Both the position numbers and the translations under genes were made by a program. Positions 52,051 through 63,807 of a stretch of 64,000 nt of DNA are shown here, piece after piece. Origin of the DNA: Chiloscyllium plagiosum (taxonomy: Eukaryota); contig NC_057720.1 of assembly GCF_004010195.1 (NCBI RefSeq), forward strand, positions 35,727,345 to 35,791,344, in the 5' to 3' direction. The notes under the pieces were generated by a model. That model did not search any database, was not told where the DNA came from, and was given only the letters and a program-made list of their open reading frames with translations. Every line of letters starts with the position of its first letter. Positions within the stretch are counted from its first letter, which is position 1.

Positions 52051-54546
52051 GAAAAAAGGCAAGAGAGTGTGCTTTTAAAGAAGAACCAAAAGACAACAAA
52101 AACATTAATATAAAATCGCATTGATTTCTGAGATATTTTTTAAAATTCTCTGCATCGGCTGCTTGGAATATCAGTGAAAATATTCATTAAAGCTGCTTCA
52201 CAATAAATTGCATTCAGCTTTTGTTTATAATATGAGCTGGCTTTGGGTAATCCAGAAACATTGAGATTTAAATATTTAAGGTTGAAAATCATCACCTGAT
52301 TTGTAAATGTTTAATGCTTTTAAAACTAAATCATCAAAACACAAGCTTCATTGTCTGTCATACAACATTTTAGACGACGCTTTCTGTAAACTTACATTCT
52401 TAAAAGGGATCCTAACAATCAAAACATTATTTTTTGGAAATCACATAAACACAAACCATTATTGGTCACATAAGATTCTGCTTATTTTACGTGGCTTTTA
52501 CTTGGCTTGTAGAATTTTTTTAATTAGTAAATTCTATAAGTGACATCATCAGAAGTAAAGATTGGGAGGAGTTACTTAGCTTGACACTATTATGAGAAAA
52601 GTAAACTAACAAGTGCATGGTAAAAGCTGATTTACTCTTGGGTGAATGACGACTTTAGTTTAGCTTCTTTACAGTAACAGTAAGACAGTTTCCATCCTAT
52701 CATTTCACTGCATTACTTCTACTCTGAGGCACAATTTCTTAACCTGTTCACTCAAGAAAAAAAAGATAGGCAGGTTAGGATTAACTCTAGGGATTGTTTT
52801 TAAATCCTGCCAGAATCCATTTTGATAATCAAGTATAATGCCTCCAAGGAAGGACCACATTGCAAAATTTGACCTTCCCAAAACTTTTGATATTCCAGTG
52901 CAAAGAGTTGCCCAAAACAATGATTGCAAACTGACACATTCCAAAGTCTGGGCTTAAGTGCTGAAGCAAATACTAAAGCTTTAGGCACCTGCTGCAAAGG
53001 CGCAGTGGAGATAGGCCACTAACTGATGTCCCATTGCTGAGGAGCTGGAACCTATGGAAAACCCCAAGTCCAGGAAACCAAGAAGCTAGCTCTGGAACTC
53101 AGCAGTGCCGTAGCGGAGACTGCAACTGCTACTGTTACAACACCCCCGGTCTCCTCAGATTGAGGATCACCTATGTAACAGTGAGCATTACTTGATGGGG
53201 ACTCCTGGTGTTACAGGGAGAAGGGTTCATGGGGGTCAGAAGGAGTGGACCAAGGAGCTCAGAAACAAAGAGAGGAGGGTGGCTCTGCACAGTCATTACT
53301 TTGCTCTGTGTTCAGTCCCTTGTCCAACACAGAACAAAGGCGACTAACAACTTTCACAAACTGACAGCCTGTCTGGATTGGTTAACCAAGGTTAAGTCTT
53401 TTTCCTCCCAACTGAAACTGAAATAATAGCAGTCCAGGCAGGAATAGGCTCTACATTTAAGGACCTCAATTAGCAGCTGAGCATGGGCATACCCACACAA
53501 AATTGAACTTGGACGATGGTAAGAGGTTGATGGGGTTCTGCCTGCCATTATCCAGTCTAATTAAGTTCTCTTTCATTCTCTGCACCCCTGACTCTGGGCC
53601 CTGAAGATTCCACCCACAGTAATGGAGTAAACAGAGTGCTTCATTCTTTATGTAATTTCAAAGTTGAGCATTCATGTGATATAGTATAATAAATTTTGTG
53701 AATAAGGTATATTTTTGGAAAAGAAATGTAGAACATTGACTCAGTTTGCCAAAACCAATTGACAGACTTGTAGGCTGCTTCAAAAATGAAGTAGAAACCT
53801 TGGGAATGTTCCTTCTTGTGGGAATAGGAGGATTACATAAAAACGTCCTAAGAATAAAATGAGAAATTATCTCAATAAATGAAATCTGTATCTCCTGGGA
53901 CAGTTCTCACCCCCTTTGCACCTCCCATTAAAGTTTAACTCCCGATTCAGCTCAGTACAGTGGCAGTTGTATTCCTTCAATTGCGCCATTCTTCTGATCA
54001 GCAATTAAGTTACCAGTCCGTACTCAGTGCAGACATGCAGTGTCTGGAACAACTTTTCAATGCAATCTGTCCATGAAAAAGATGCAGGTCTCTTGCTGGT
54101 GCTATCAGGCCGGTGATAGCAGTTAGTTCACTACTTTCCTGTAGTTAAAAACTAGTCCTGTTGTCTTGAAAATTCATTAACAGCCCACTGAAGTTCTTGA
54201 TAATGGTACTGAAATATTTACTGGTGGGACATGTCATACAAAATGCTCCAAATTTGGGAATGTCACTCATCCAGTTATTTGGAAGTAAGAGAGAATCATT
54301 TCAGAGAAATCGATTGGATGTTTGCTTGGCTGTATCTCCTTGCATACTTTCAAAGCCCATACTTTTGTAGGTATGTTTTGAAACAGTTTCAGTTGTTGAA
54401 AATTTCCTCTTTAATAAAATGTCAATAGATAAAAATGAAAAACTGCTGAGCATTTCATTAGTCTCTGTAGAGGTAGGTTTGACAGGCTGCTGTTTAAGAT
54501 ATACAATATGGGAACTGCTGAGAGCTAAGGCCTGGCACCAATGTCA

Positions 54547-54620
54547 GACTTTGTGGCACAAGTGGTCAGCATTTGCAACTGTAATTCAAAAGGTTGGTGG
54601 TTCAAGACCATCCAGGGATG
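54547..54620 (+). pseudogene. tRNA-Asn(GTT)-derived pseudogene or SINE head
   Basis: 74 nt, gap-free against the vertebrate tRNA-Asn sequence as I recall it (about 54/74 identical). aaaggttggtggttc..cca.ccaggga is conserved. The anticodon position reads GTA and the stems are broken. Confidence 0.75.
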
Positions 54621-54642
54621 AAACTATGACTCTGTTTAGGCA

Positions 54643-54852
54643 GTAGGTTATAGCTTAGTTAGCTGGATGGCTGGTGAGTGATGCCAACAGCATGGGTTCA
54701 TTTCCTGTACTGGCTGAGGCCAGAATGAAGGTCATACTTTCTCAACTCACCCCTCCCCTGAGACATAATGAGCCTCTGGTTAGGCCACATTATATTCTCT
54801 CTCTAATGCCAGTGCAGCCCTATGGTCCTCAGTGACTATGGCAGCTTTATTT
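54643..54852 (+). mobile_element. tRNA-derived SINE
   Basis: A-box-like tagcttagttagc and B-box-like ggttcatttcc. Related fragment near 9015. Confidence 0.6.
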
Positions 54853-55549
54853 ATATCGTGCCAGGGATTTATATGTCCACAGCCCAAACTTAAAAGCTAT
54901 AAGAAGCTCGCAGTCATAATTTCCATTTTCCTACGGTGCATTTATTTTATTAAATTGAACATGGACCTATGCTTTTAAACTAATATGTAAAAGTTTAAGA
55001 AATGAGGCATGGAGAATCAATTCTAGACTTTGACTATTCTATGTGGCACTTTCACTGAATTGATTTGATTCAAAGTGTATATCCATGTCCACACACTTAC
55101 GTATATTTAAATACATATTCAGACAAATGGGATTTGTTATGTATAAATTAAAAATAATATGAAAATGTAGCCTTCTCAACTCTCTGGACAGAATCATATA
55201 GGTGTCTGAGCGACATGGGCTAGGAGGGGATTTGTGGCAGAATGACATGAGAAGTCTGGCGAGGCCTATCTCGATTTTGCAAACAACTTGCTGCATTGTT
55301 AACATTGGCTGAATGATGAAGTGGGTTTCTCACTGCACAGTGACGAGTTGCCAGTTAAGGGGGATTAGAGCTTGTTAAATGTCCCATTAACACCACAATT
55401 CATTTAATTAATATCTAGCTCCCTACTTTGCCAAACACGCAGAACAAGCTAGAGCATTTGGAGTATGGAAGTCAAGGTGGGTACCTGGTAAATTAAGCTT
55501 GCTGCTAGCTGTGAAGAGTCTCCATGTCACACAGCACCTTAGGTAGCAA

Positions 55550-55710
55550 TTTCCTATGGACAACCCACCCTAACTTGCACATCTTTAGATTGTGGGAGGA
55601 AACTGGAGCACTCAGAGGAAACCCACACAAACTCCACATAGACAGTCACCTGAGGGTGGAATTGAACCCAGGTTCTTGGTCCTGTTAGGCAGCAGTGCTA
55701 ACCACTGAGT
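55550..55710 (-). mobile_element. HE1-type SINE fragment
   Basis: gcacatctttagattgtgggaggaaactggagcac...gcagcagtgctaaccactgag. Confidence 0.85.
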
Positions 55711-56159
55711 TGCCCAGTCACACAACCAGGCAATTTACCAGACAGCAGTCCTTGATCAAGGGGGAGTACATCTTGTACATCTTATGACATGTTGCTATGT
55801 CAATCTCCTATGTCACCTGTAACATGTGTCGACCTTTTACGTAGCAAATATATTGCATGTGCAAATATCTCAAAGTCTTAAGGAAATCAATAAGATTTTT
55901 ACCAAATCCTTGAAAACAACCATCAGTTAGGAGGTTTTGGCACAGTAAATTGATGGCAGTTCTGATGCCAGTGCAGGAGATTGGTCAGCCAAGGCAAGGT
56001 GAGTCAAGGTGTTCTTGGTCAAGGGGCTTGTGTGTTTTCAGTCTGGGAGTAAGTCCTGTAGTTTTGTAGCAGACATTTGGTGGGGGATGATGAATGTGCT
56101 TGGGAGATGCTCAAATGTTAGTCATAGGTCTCCACATTTCTCATCCGGGATTTTCTGAT

Positions 56160-56253
56160 CATACCTGATGAAGGGCTTATGCCCGAAAAGTTGATTATCC
56201 TGCTCCTCGGATGCTGCCTGACCTGCTGTGCTTTTCCAGCACCACACTTTCGA
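56160..56253 (+). mobile_element. PLE-derived family A element
   Basis: CTGATGAagggcttatgcccGAAAagtt from 56165. Imperfect flanking duplication ttctcatc(c/g)ggg. Confidence 0.85.
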
Positions 56254-57277
56254 TTCTCATCGGGGTTGTCTGCTAATATCACTTAAGGGGTCAGTCTGTT
56301 GCATCCATCCAGAGAACTTAAGGTGAAAGGGAAATGAGGGGTGATGCTGCAGACAAGGGGTCTGCTGTCACAGGAAGGAGATTCAGGAACCTATTTTTTG
56401 GGATTGGGGACTGCAGGATGAGGGAAGGGGTTATGACAGTTGTGAAGAGGGGCAAAAGTATTTGTAAAGATGGAGATACAGTAAGACATGGATGGGAAGG
56501 GATCATTTGGGAAGATGTTTGCCTATGGTGAGGAGCACTCTGGCTTCAACGCAGGGGATAAAATGTGACCGAATATGATCACCTCACATCCCATAGGGTC
56601 AGGATGAAATATGAGTGGATACAGGCTCATGTAAATGGATTGGCTGGGGACCTGGAAGATGTGAAGCAATTGGGTTTCACAGGCAAGGCTACCAGAAGGA
56701 CACCTTCTGGTTCAAGGCTTCAAAGTGGACAGGGTGGACCTGTGTGGGAGGAAGTTGCAGGAGGCACTGCATAGAACCCCTTTAAAGGGTAACAACATTT
56801 CACCGAGATCCATGCACTGAACAGAGCTCAGACATGTAGTGCCCATAATCCCTGGTGGCCCTAAAGCATTAGCTCTGTCTTTGCTGTGAATCTCCCTCCC
56901 CAAGATATCACTGAACACTTCATTCACATCAACACTTTTAGACACAGAGATGTCTTAGGATGAAGGGTAATGGTGCCAGTGGAACCCAAACACTATGTAT
57001 GCCCAGCTCATCTTAATTCCACATGCCGCAACTGGCTCTCAGTACAGGCATCAATCCATACTACACCCTGCATGACCATGAAGTTAAACATCATGCTGGC
57101 ACAGTTATGTTTGGCACTTCATTGAGTCTCAAATAAACATATGTAGTGACAAAACAATGAAATTTATCAAAACATGAGCCTTCACTTTACAGTTCAGTTT
57201 CACCTGTGTCTCCAAACTGCCCTCAATACTTTCTCTCTCGCTACTTCTGAGGTTCAGCAGTCGGGCTGGAAGGTGAA

Positions 57278-57317
57278 GTGTGTGTGTGTGTGTGTGTCTG
57301 TGTGTGTGTGTGTGTGT
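57278..57317. repeat. (GT)n microsatellite with one interruption
   Basis: Seen directly. Confidence 0.98.
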
Positions 57318-57599
57318 CAGGGTGGAGATTGAGGGCCCAGCCACCTCTGGAGTGTCCTAAGAAGAAATCAGTGAGGGATCTGTGTGTAATTCTTCTTCCT
57401 GCAGAGTGCATACTGGCACCTTCCTGCCTCCTTCTGAGGACTAATGGCTGGGGTCCTAGAATGCAGGTATGTGCTGGATCTTGATGCTCTGTGGAAGCCA
57501 CAACCTTGTCCATGGAGGCAGACAGACAGTTTCATCAAGGGCTATCTCTGGACAATGATGCTCACAGGATCCTCTCTTGCATGGCATGGAGCAGGTGCC

Positions 57600-58620
57600 T
57601 GATCTTTGGCAGTCCTCCGAGACCTAACGGCCTACTGTGCTTCTTTGTCTGCCAGCTGTAGAACTGTCATGGTGATGTGTTCACCAGTGTTTGCCTTCAA
57701 TCTTTGTAAATGTGATATTCTCACTGTGGGGTCAGTATCTGAGCTAGTGGGGTTTGCAGCACTCAGCCTTGCGGATGCTTCCTCTGATGTCCGCATCAGA
57801 GGCTGAAGAAGTGGCTTTTGGTAGAGTTGGCTGTAAATCTGCAGAAGGGGTAGACATCTTGCTGGTACCTGCAAGAAACAAAGAAAGAGAAAGCTTTGCA
57901 GCCAGTGGTGTGCATTGAATGAGAATGGCAATGGGGTAAATAATGAGAGTGACAGTGCACTGAAGTGTGGTACTTACTTAGTTGATGGAACAGACATCCC
58001 TGCAGGAGCAGTTCTGTTCTTCTCTTGCATGGGGCAGGATTCTGACCTTATAGGGACTGAGTAATCTAACATCCAGTGTCCCTCCACCTGCCCAGGCCAC
58101 TTTTGCCCTATTGTGAGTTGTCTTCTCTTGTAAAGAAAGAAAAGGAGGTGTTAAGTGAGCAGGTGACATGGCTTTTACTGCTGGTGAAGATGGGGGAGAA
58201 GTGGTGAGGTGTTCCTCAACAGGAAGCACACTGGCCATGCTAGGTCAATGGTTTGGGCAGTTGGGGGTGCTGGTAAAGGGCTGGAGGGGTGAGAGTAAGT
58301 GAGGAAAGGTGTTGCAGGCAATATAGAGAGTGGCATAGCATGAGTCTTCATGAGAGGTGCATACTGTAGCAGAGATGGCGTGAGTGTGAGGTCAAAAAAG
58401 AGTGTGGCACTTACCCTGATGCAGCAATGAATGTTATTAGTTTTCTTGTGGCACTGTGTTAGCCATTCCACTGGATTGTTGAGATTTTACTGACCTCAGT
58501 GGCGTTCTCGGACTGGGCTGCCAAGATCGGGTGGCATGGCTTTCTTTGCTATTCCTTCAGGAATATGACACCCACCTTTGCACCATCCCCTCCACCAGGA
58601 ACTTTGTCTTCATGTTCCCC
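57600..58620 (-). pseudogene. Decayed, intron-containing Myb/SANT-like (trihelix) DNA-binding gene of Harbinger type
   Basis: Exon ending at 58415 (...FLVEGMVQR...TQCHKKTNNIHCCIR|gtaagt). Exon 58127-57978 (EKTTHNRAKVAWAGGGTLDVRLLSPYKVRIL...|gtaagt). Acceptor tttcttgcag| before 57868. Stops and frameshifts present. Confidence 0.6.
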
Positions 58621-58899
58621 TTCTCTGGCTTGTTCTGAATCTGTCCGTGACTGAGCAGGGCAATTTCGGAATGTCATTCGGGGCATAGCAGCTTCTAAGG
58701 ATGGTGAAGTGCCAGGAATGCTGGTCTTTCACTGGATGTCTGGTGAATAGCAAGTTGTTTTGTGATTGAAATGTGACAAGATGGGGCTAGAAGTAAATAT
58801 GAGGGACCACCATGGAATGGGTTAGGTAGTTAATGAGGTGAGTTTGTAAGGTATGGCAAGAAATCTAGCTTGGGTTTGCAGTGAAGAATCTTGCAAAGA

Positions 58900-59520
58900 G
58901 CTTGACACAACTTGTGTTTAGCAAGAAAAGTAAGATTAAGCTCTTTGTCTCCGTCACAAAAATATAAATATGAGGGATCCTCCAACAGTATACTGAGTAT
59001 GCCACAGTGGAGTATTAGGTTCAGTTTTGTCCACGGTGCCATAAAGGAAGATATAGATATTTTGGAAAGGGAAGTAAATAACAATTTTATTGATCCCGAG
59101 TGTAAAGGAGACAAGAAATGAAGAAAGATTACAGGACTTAAACATTACCATCTGGAATGGAAATGGTTAAGGATGAAAACTTAACAAATTATTTTTGAAA
59201 ATATTATAAATAAATATTTTTAACTGATTATTACTTTCAAAAGTAAATCAAGAAATAGGAGCAGAGAACATAAACTTGAACTAATTAAAATATTTTTGAA
59301 CCAAATGTCAAGAATAAGTTTTTATTTTCTCAAATTGATCTTATTGTCAGGCAGGAAAGGAGAGACACTAATTGTGGAGTTTTAGCACATAGAACATAGA
59401 ACATTACAGAGCAGTACAGGTCCTTTGGCCCTGAGTGTTGCGCCAACCTGTGTTATTTGAGTTTGTATTACAGGAGGGTTAAGGATGGTGCAAAGAGGAA
59501 TTTTTAATGGGCTAAATTAT
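58900..59520 (+). mobile_element. Very old CR1-like 3' fragment, with a short antisense CR1 tail at ~59385-59452
   Basis: gccacagtggagtattaggttcagttttgtcc...gatatagatattttggaaaggg resembles PHLEYCVQFWSP..DIDILER. Confidence 0.55.
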
Positions 59521-60521
59521 CTTTCCTCATTGATGAAGTTTCTTGATTATATTTGGAACCCTTTGGATTATCTTCATTGTGGATGTATATTGCCCTCAGA
59601 ATGTTGTTTTCATTACAGTATTTTATTAAAAATACATTGCAAGTGAAAAAAATGATACAAACTAATGCTGGACTCTTGAAGGAGTCAAGGCAAAGCAGGG
59701 TGTGTGGGAGACGATGTTCTGACAGGGTAGGGTTAGAATGTCAAGTCATTGGAACATATATATTGCTATGGAAAATAGAAGAAAAGGTATCAGAAAAAAA
59801 TGTTTATTGTGGCTAGTCATAGCAGACAATGGTCTTTTAATAGCCAACCTTTCTTATCACTAGAAATAAAAAAATCAGAAGAAAGAAAGGTTATTTAAAT
59901 GAAAATGGGTGAAAATTTGACCATAAATAATGAAATTCTCAAGAACTGAGTGAAGGCAGAATGTAATATTAATATAGTCATCAACCTAATTGAAGAATGG
60001 CTAGAGAGGGTCCTTGAATAGGGCTGGAACAAATTCCAGTTCTATTAAAATATAGGCAAGGCTGCAATCCATGCTAATTCCTGCAATAACTTTAGCTAGA
60101 GAAAGTGACAAGTTAAGAGACAGTGTTTTTGAGGTTTGAGAAGAACCTCAAAAAGGATAATGATGATGCAAACAGCTTGGACCATTATTTAGGGAAGTGG
60201 ACAACCCAGAGACAGTTGTTGGAAGGGATTTTTGTGCAATGAGTTTCTGTATTCATAATAATATATTTCGGGCTGGCAAACTAAGGTGCTTAAAGTGTCA
60301 GTGGACATTACAGGAATCATAGTAGGTGAATGGAGACAATATAAGACGTGAAATAAATCAAGTCAGGGACATGGAAAATTAGATCAGTGAGACAGGAGCA
60401 GAATATCTTGGAAAAATGCTTACTTATAAAAATATTCCTGAATTACAAGTCAGTTAGGTAGAGATGTCATCCAACTATCAATCATGCCATTGAACTCACC
60501 TTGGTTTATAAATTTTAAAGT

Positions 60522-61880
60522 TTTATTCAATCACAAGATGTTAGCATCAGAGGCATAGCCAACATTTACTGCTCATTCTTAGTTGTTCTTCACGCTGGTG
60601 GTGGGCTGCCTGTTAAACTGCTGAAGGTGAAGGTACTGCACAATTCTGTTGAGAAATGGGTTTCAGGATTTAACTCAATGACACTGTGTATGTATGTATA
60701 TATATTAGCAAAGATATGATATTGAGGAGAACGTGCAGCCACTGCTGTTCCTCTGTGCTTACTTCCATTATCATTCTAAGCAGCAAAAGTAATCATTTTA
60801 AAAGTGAGTTGCTGCAGTACACCTTGTAGGTGGTACACACTACTGCTACTGGACATGGTGGTGAAGTGGTGAATGTTGATGGTGGTAGACAAGCCAACTG
60901 CGTTGTCTTGGATAGCGTTGGGCTTCTGCAGTTCTGATGGAGCTGCGCTCATCCAGGCAAAAGGAGAATGTTCCGTTATACCCCTCACTTGTGCCTTGCT
61001 AGTGGAAAGGCTTCGGAATCACTGCAGAATGCCCCAGCCTTTGTAGCTAAAATATTCATATCGCTAATTCAGTTACATTTCTGGTCAATATTGATCCCCA
61101 GCTGTTGATGATGGGTAATCTGGTGATGGTATTATCATTGACTGAAAACGGGAGATGGATTGATCATTCATATTGTGGTACTATAGTGCTTCACCACTAC
61201 CTCCTTAAAGGCTATTTGGGGCTTGCAATAAATGCTGGCCTGACCAGTAATCTCCATATACCATGAATAAATAAAATGGTTCTTGCCCAGCACTTGTGTG
61301 GCACAGATGTTATTTCCAAAGTTCTATCTGATGTTCTTCAGCTCCAGGTGCATACAGTTACAGACTGTGTTGTTATCTGAGGCATTGCAGATGGTACTGT
61401 GTGCTGTGCAACCAGCAGTGAACATCTTCACTTCTGACTTAATATTTTAGGATTTGCATTGACGGAGAAGTTGAAGATCATTGGGCCTTGAATGCTGCCC
61501 ATAGGCACTCCCGTAGTAAGTCCCAGACCTGAGGCAATTGGTCTTCAATAATCACAACTAATATTTTGTGCTTGGTATGATGACAACCAGTAGAGAGGTT
61601 CCCCTCCATTCCCATTGACTTATATATTGCTTTGATTCCTTGGTGCTATACTGTGTCAAATCCTGCCATGCTTTCTAATATCACCTCTGAAATTCAGCTC
61701 CTTGGTCCATTTTTGGACCCAGACTGTAATGAGACTTAGAGTCATGTAATCCTGCCAGAACCCAACTGAGCATCAGTGACCAGAGTATTTGAGAGTAAGT
61801 GCTGCTTAAAAGCATTGCTGATGCCACTTTCCACCATTCTGTTAATGAATTAGAGTAGACTGTTGAGGTGACAATTTACT
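60522..61880 (-). mobile_element. Old CR1/L2-group LINE (family of 37965-38980), with a small sense-strand 3' end at ~61190-61277
   Basis: Minus ORF EHSPFAWMSAAPSELQKPNAIQDNAV. Homologous to the 38 kb copy. Confidence 0.75.
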
Positions 61881-61884
61881 AGAT

Positions 61885-63572
61885 AACACTAGTGAGCAGT
61901 GTTAAGGAAAACCCCAAAGCCTTTTCTTCATATATAAGGAACAAGAGTCAGAGAAAACGTGTGAGATTCTTAATGAGACCTTGCATCAGTATTCACTGAG
62001 GAGAGGAACATGGAGGATGTTGAGGTTAGGGATAGGTCTTTGATTAGTCTAGAGCAAGTCAGCATAAGAAGGGAGGAAGTATTGTGTATTCTAAAAGGTA
62101 TTAAGGTGGACAGGTTCCCAGGTTCGGATGGGATTTATCACAGGTTACTGAGGGAAGTGAGAGAAGGAATAGCTGGGGCTTTAACAGATATCTTTGCAGC
62201 ATCCTTGAAAGTGGGGGAGCTCCCAAAGGACTGGAGAATTGCTAATGTTGTCCCCTTGTTTAAGAAGGGTAGCAGGGATAATCCATGTAATTACGGACCT
62301 GTGAACCTGACGTCAGTGGTAGGGAAACTACTGGAGAAGATACAAAGGGATAGGATATATACCCGTTTGGAAGAAAATGGGCTTCTCAGTAATAGGCAGC
62401 ATGGTTTTGTGCAGGGAAAGTCATGTCTTACAAACATAATAGAATTCTTTGAAGAGGTGACAAAGTTGATTGATGAGAGAAGGGATGTAGATGTCATATA
62501 CATGGACTTTAGTAAGGTGCTTGATAAGGTTGCCCATGGTAGGCTGAAGAAGAAGGTGAAGTCACATGGGGTCCAGGGTGTTCGAGCTAGATGGATAAGG
62601 AACTGGCTGGGCAACAGGAGACAAAGAGTAGTAGTGGAAGGGAGTTTATCAAAATGGAGACCTGTGACCAGTGGTGTCCCATAGGGATCTGTGCTGGGAT
62701 CACTGTTGTTTGTGATATACATAAATGATTTGGAGGAAGGTGTAGGTTGCCTCATTAGCAAGTTTGCAGATGACACTAAGATTGGTGGAGTAGCAGATAG
62801 TGAAGGGGACTGTCAGAGAATACAACAAAATATAGATAGATTGGAGAGTTGGACAGACAAATGTGATGTGATACATTTAGGAAGATACAATTCCAGAGCG
62901 AACTATACAGTATATGGAAAAGTCCTGGAGAAAATTTGATGTACAGAGAGATCTGGGTATTCAGGTCCATTGTTCCCTGAAGGTGGCAACGCAGGTCAGT
63001 AGAGTGGTCAAGAAGGCATATAGCATGCTTTCCTTCATCAGACTGGATATTGAGTGCAAGAGTTGGCAGGTCATGTTCCAGTTGTATAAGGCTTTGGTTC
63101 AGCCACATTAGGAATACAGCGTACAGTTCTGGTCGACACATTACCAAAAGGATGTGGATGCTTTGGAAAGGGTGCAGAGGAGGTTCACCAGGATGTTGCC
63201 TGGTATGGAGGGTGCTAGCTATGAGGAGAGGTTGAGTAGATTAGGATTATTTTCTTTATGGGGGACTCCATTACTAGGAGTCATGAGTTCAAAGTGAGAG
63301 CGGAAAGGTTTAGGGGAGACATACATGGGAAGTTCTTCATGCAGAGGGTGGTGGGTGCCTGGAATGCGTTATCAGTGGAGGTGGTAGGGGTGGGAATGAT
63401 AGCATCATTTAAGATGTGTCTAGATAGATACATGAATGGGCAGGGAGCAGAGGAATATAGATCCTTAGAAAATAGGTGGCAGATTAGATAGAGGATATGG
63501 ATTGGCGCAGGCTTGGTGGGCTGAAGGGCCTGTTCTAGTGCTGGAATGTTCTTAGTTCTTTGTTCTTTGTTC
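61885..63572 (+). mobile_element. CR1 LINE ORF2 (reverse transcriptase) pseudo-copy with internal deletions, through the 3' tail
   Basis: ORF 62010-62684 (PGSDGI, WRIANVVPLFKKG, QHGF, DVIYMDFSKVLDKVAH, SGVP*), then FADDTK and ERVQRRFTRMLPG after a stop and frameshifts. Confidence 0.97.
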
Positions 63573-63807
63573 AGCACTACAGTTGAGGTTTTGTGTTGGG
63601 GCCAATTGCCTTTGCTGTATCTAATGCTCTCAGCTGTTCCTTTAAAATCACATGGAGTGAATTAGATTTGTTGAAGACAGATATCTATGATGGTATGGAT
63701 CTCAAGAAGAGGTTGAGATGCAGCATCCACTCAGAACTTCTGTCTGAAGATGGTTAGAAATACTTTAGCCTTCTCTTTTACATCTATCTGCTGGGATCAT
63801 TGAGTAT

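Larger units (their letters stand above)
55190..58830. mobile_element. Fossil PIF/Harbinger-type DNA transposon (boundaries uncertain)
   Basis: GC-richer block containing a decayed spliced Myb/SANT-like gene on the minus strand. Termini and transposase are not clearly recognisable. Confidence 0.5.

Noticed and set aside
52960..53620. GC-richer patch (similar one at ~34900-35500) as an exon or promoter
   Set aside because: No credible ORF, splice sites or CpG island. Probably a non-autonomous DNA transposon remnant, too uncertain to call.
54547..54620. Functional tRNA gene (anticodon GTA, Tyr)
   Set aside because: The body is Asn-like, the acceptor, D and anticodon stems are mismatched, and the B box is altered. 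Treated as a pseudogene.
57129..57513. ORFs with HTHT/CVCV runs
   Set aside because: Translation artefact of the (GT)n microsatellite.
62010..62684. Longest ORF (224 aa) as a host gene or novel reverse-transcriptase system
   Set aside because: It is an ordinary CR1 ORF2 RT fragment, ending at a premature stop in SGVP*GS, with frameshifts and deletions downstream.
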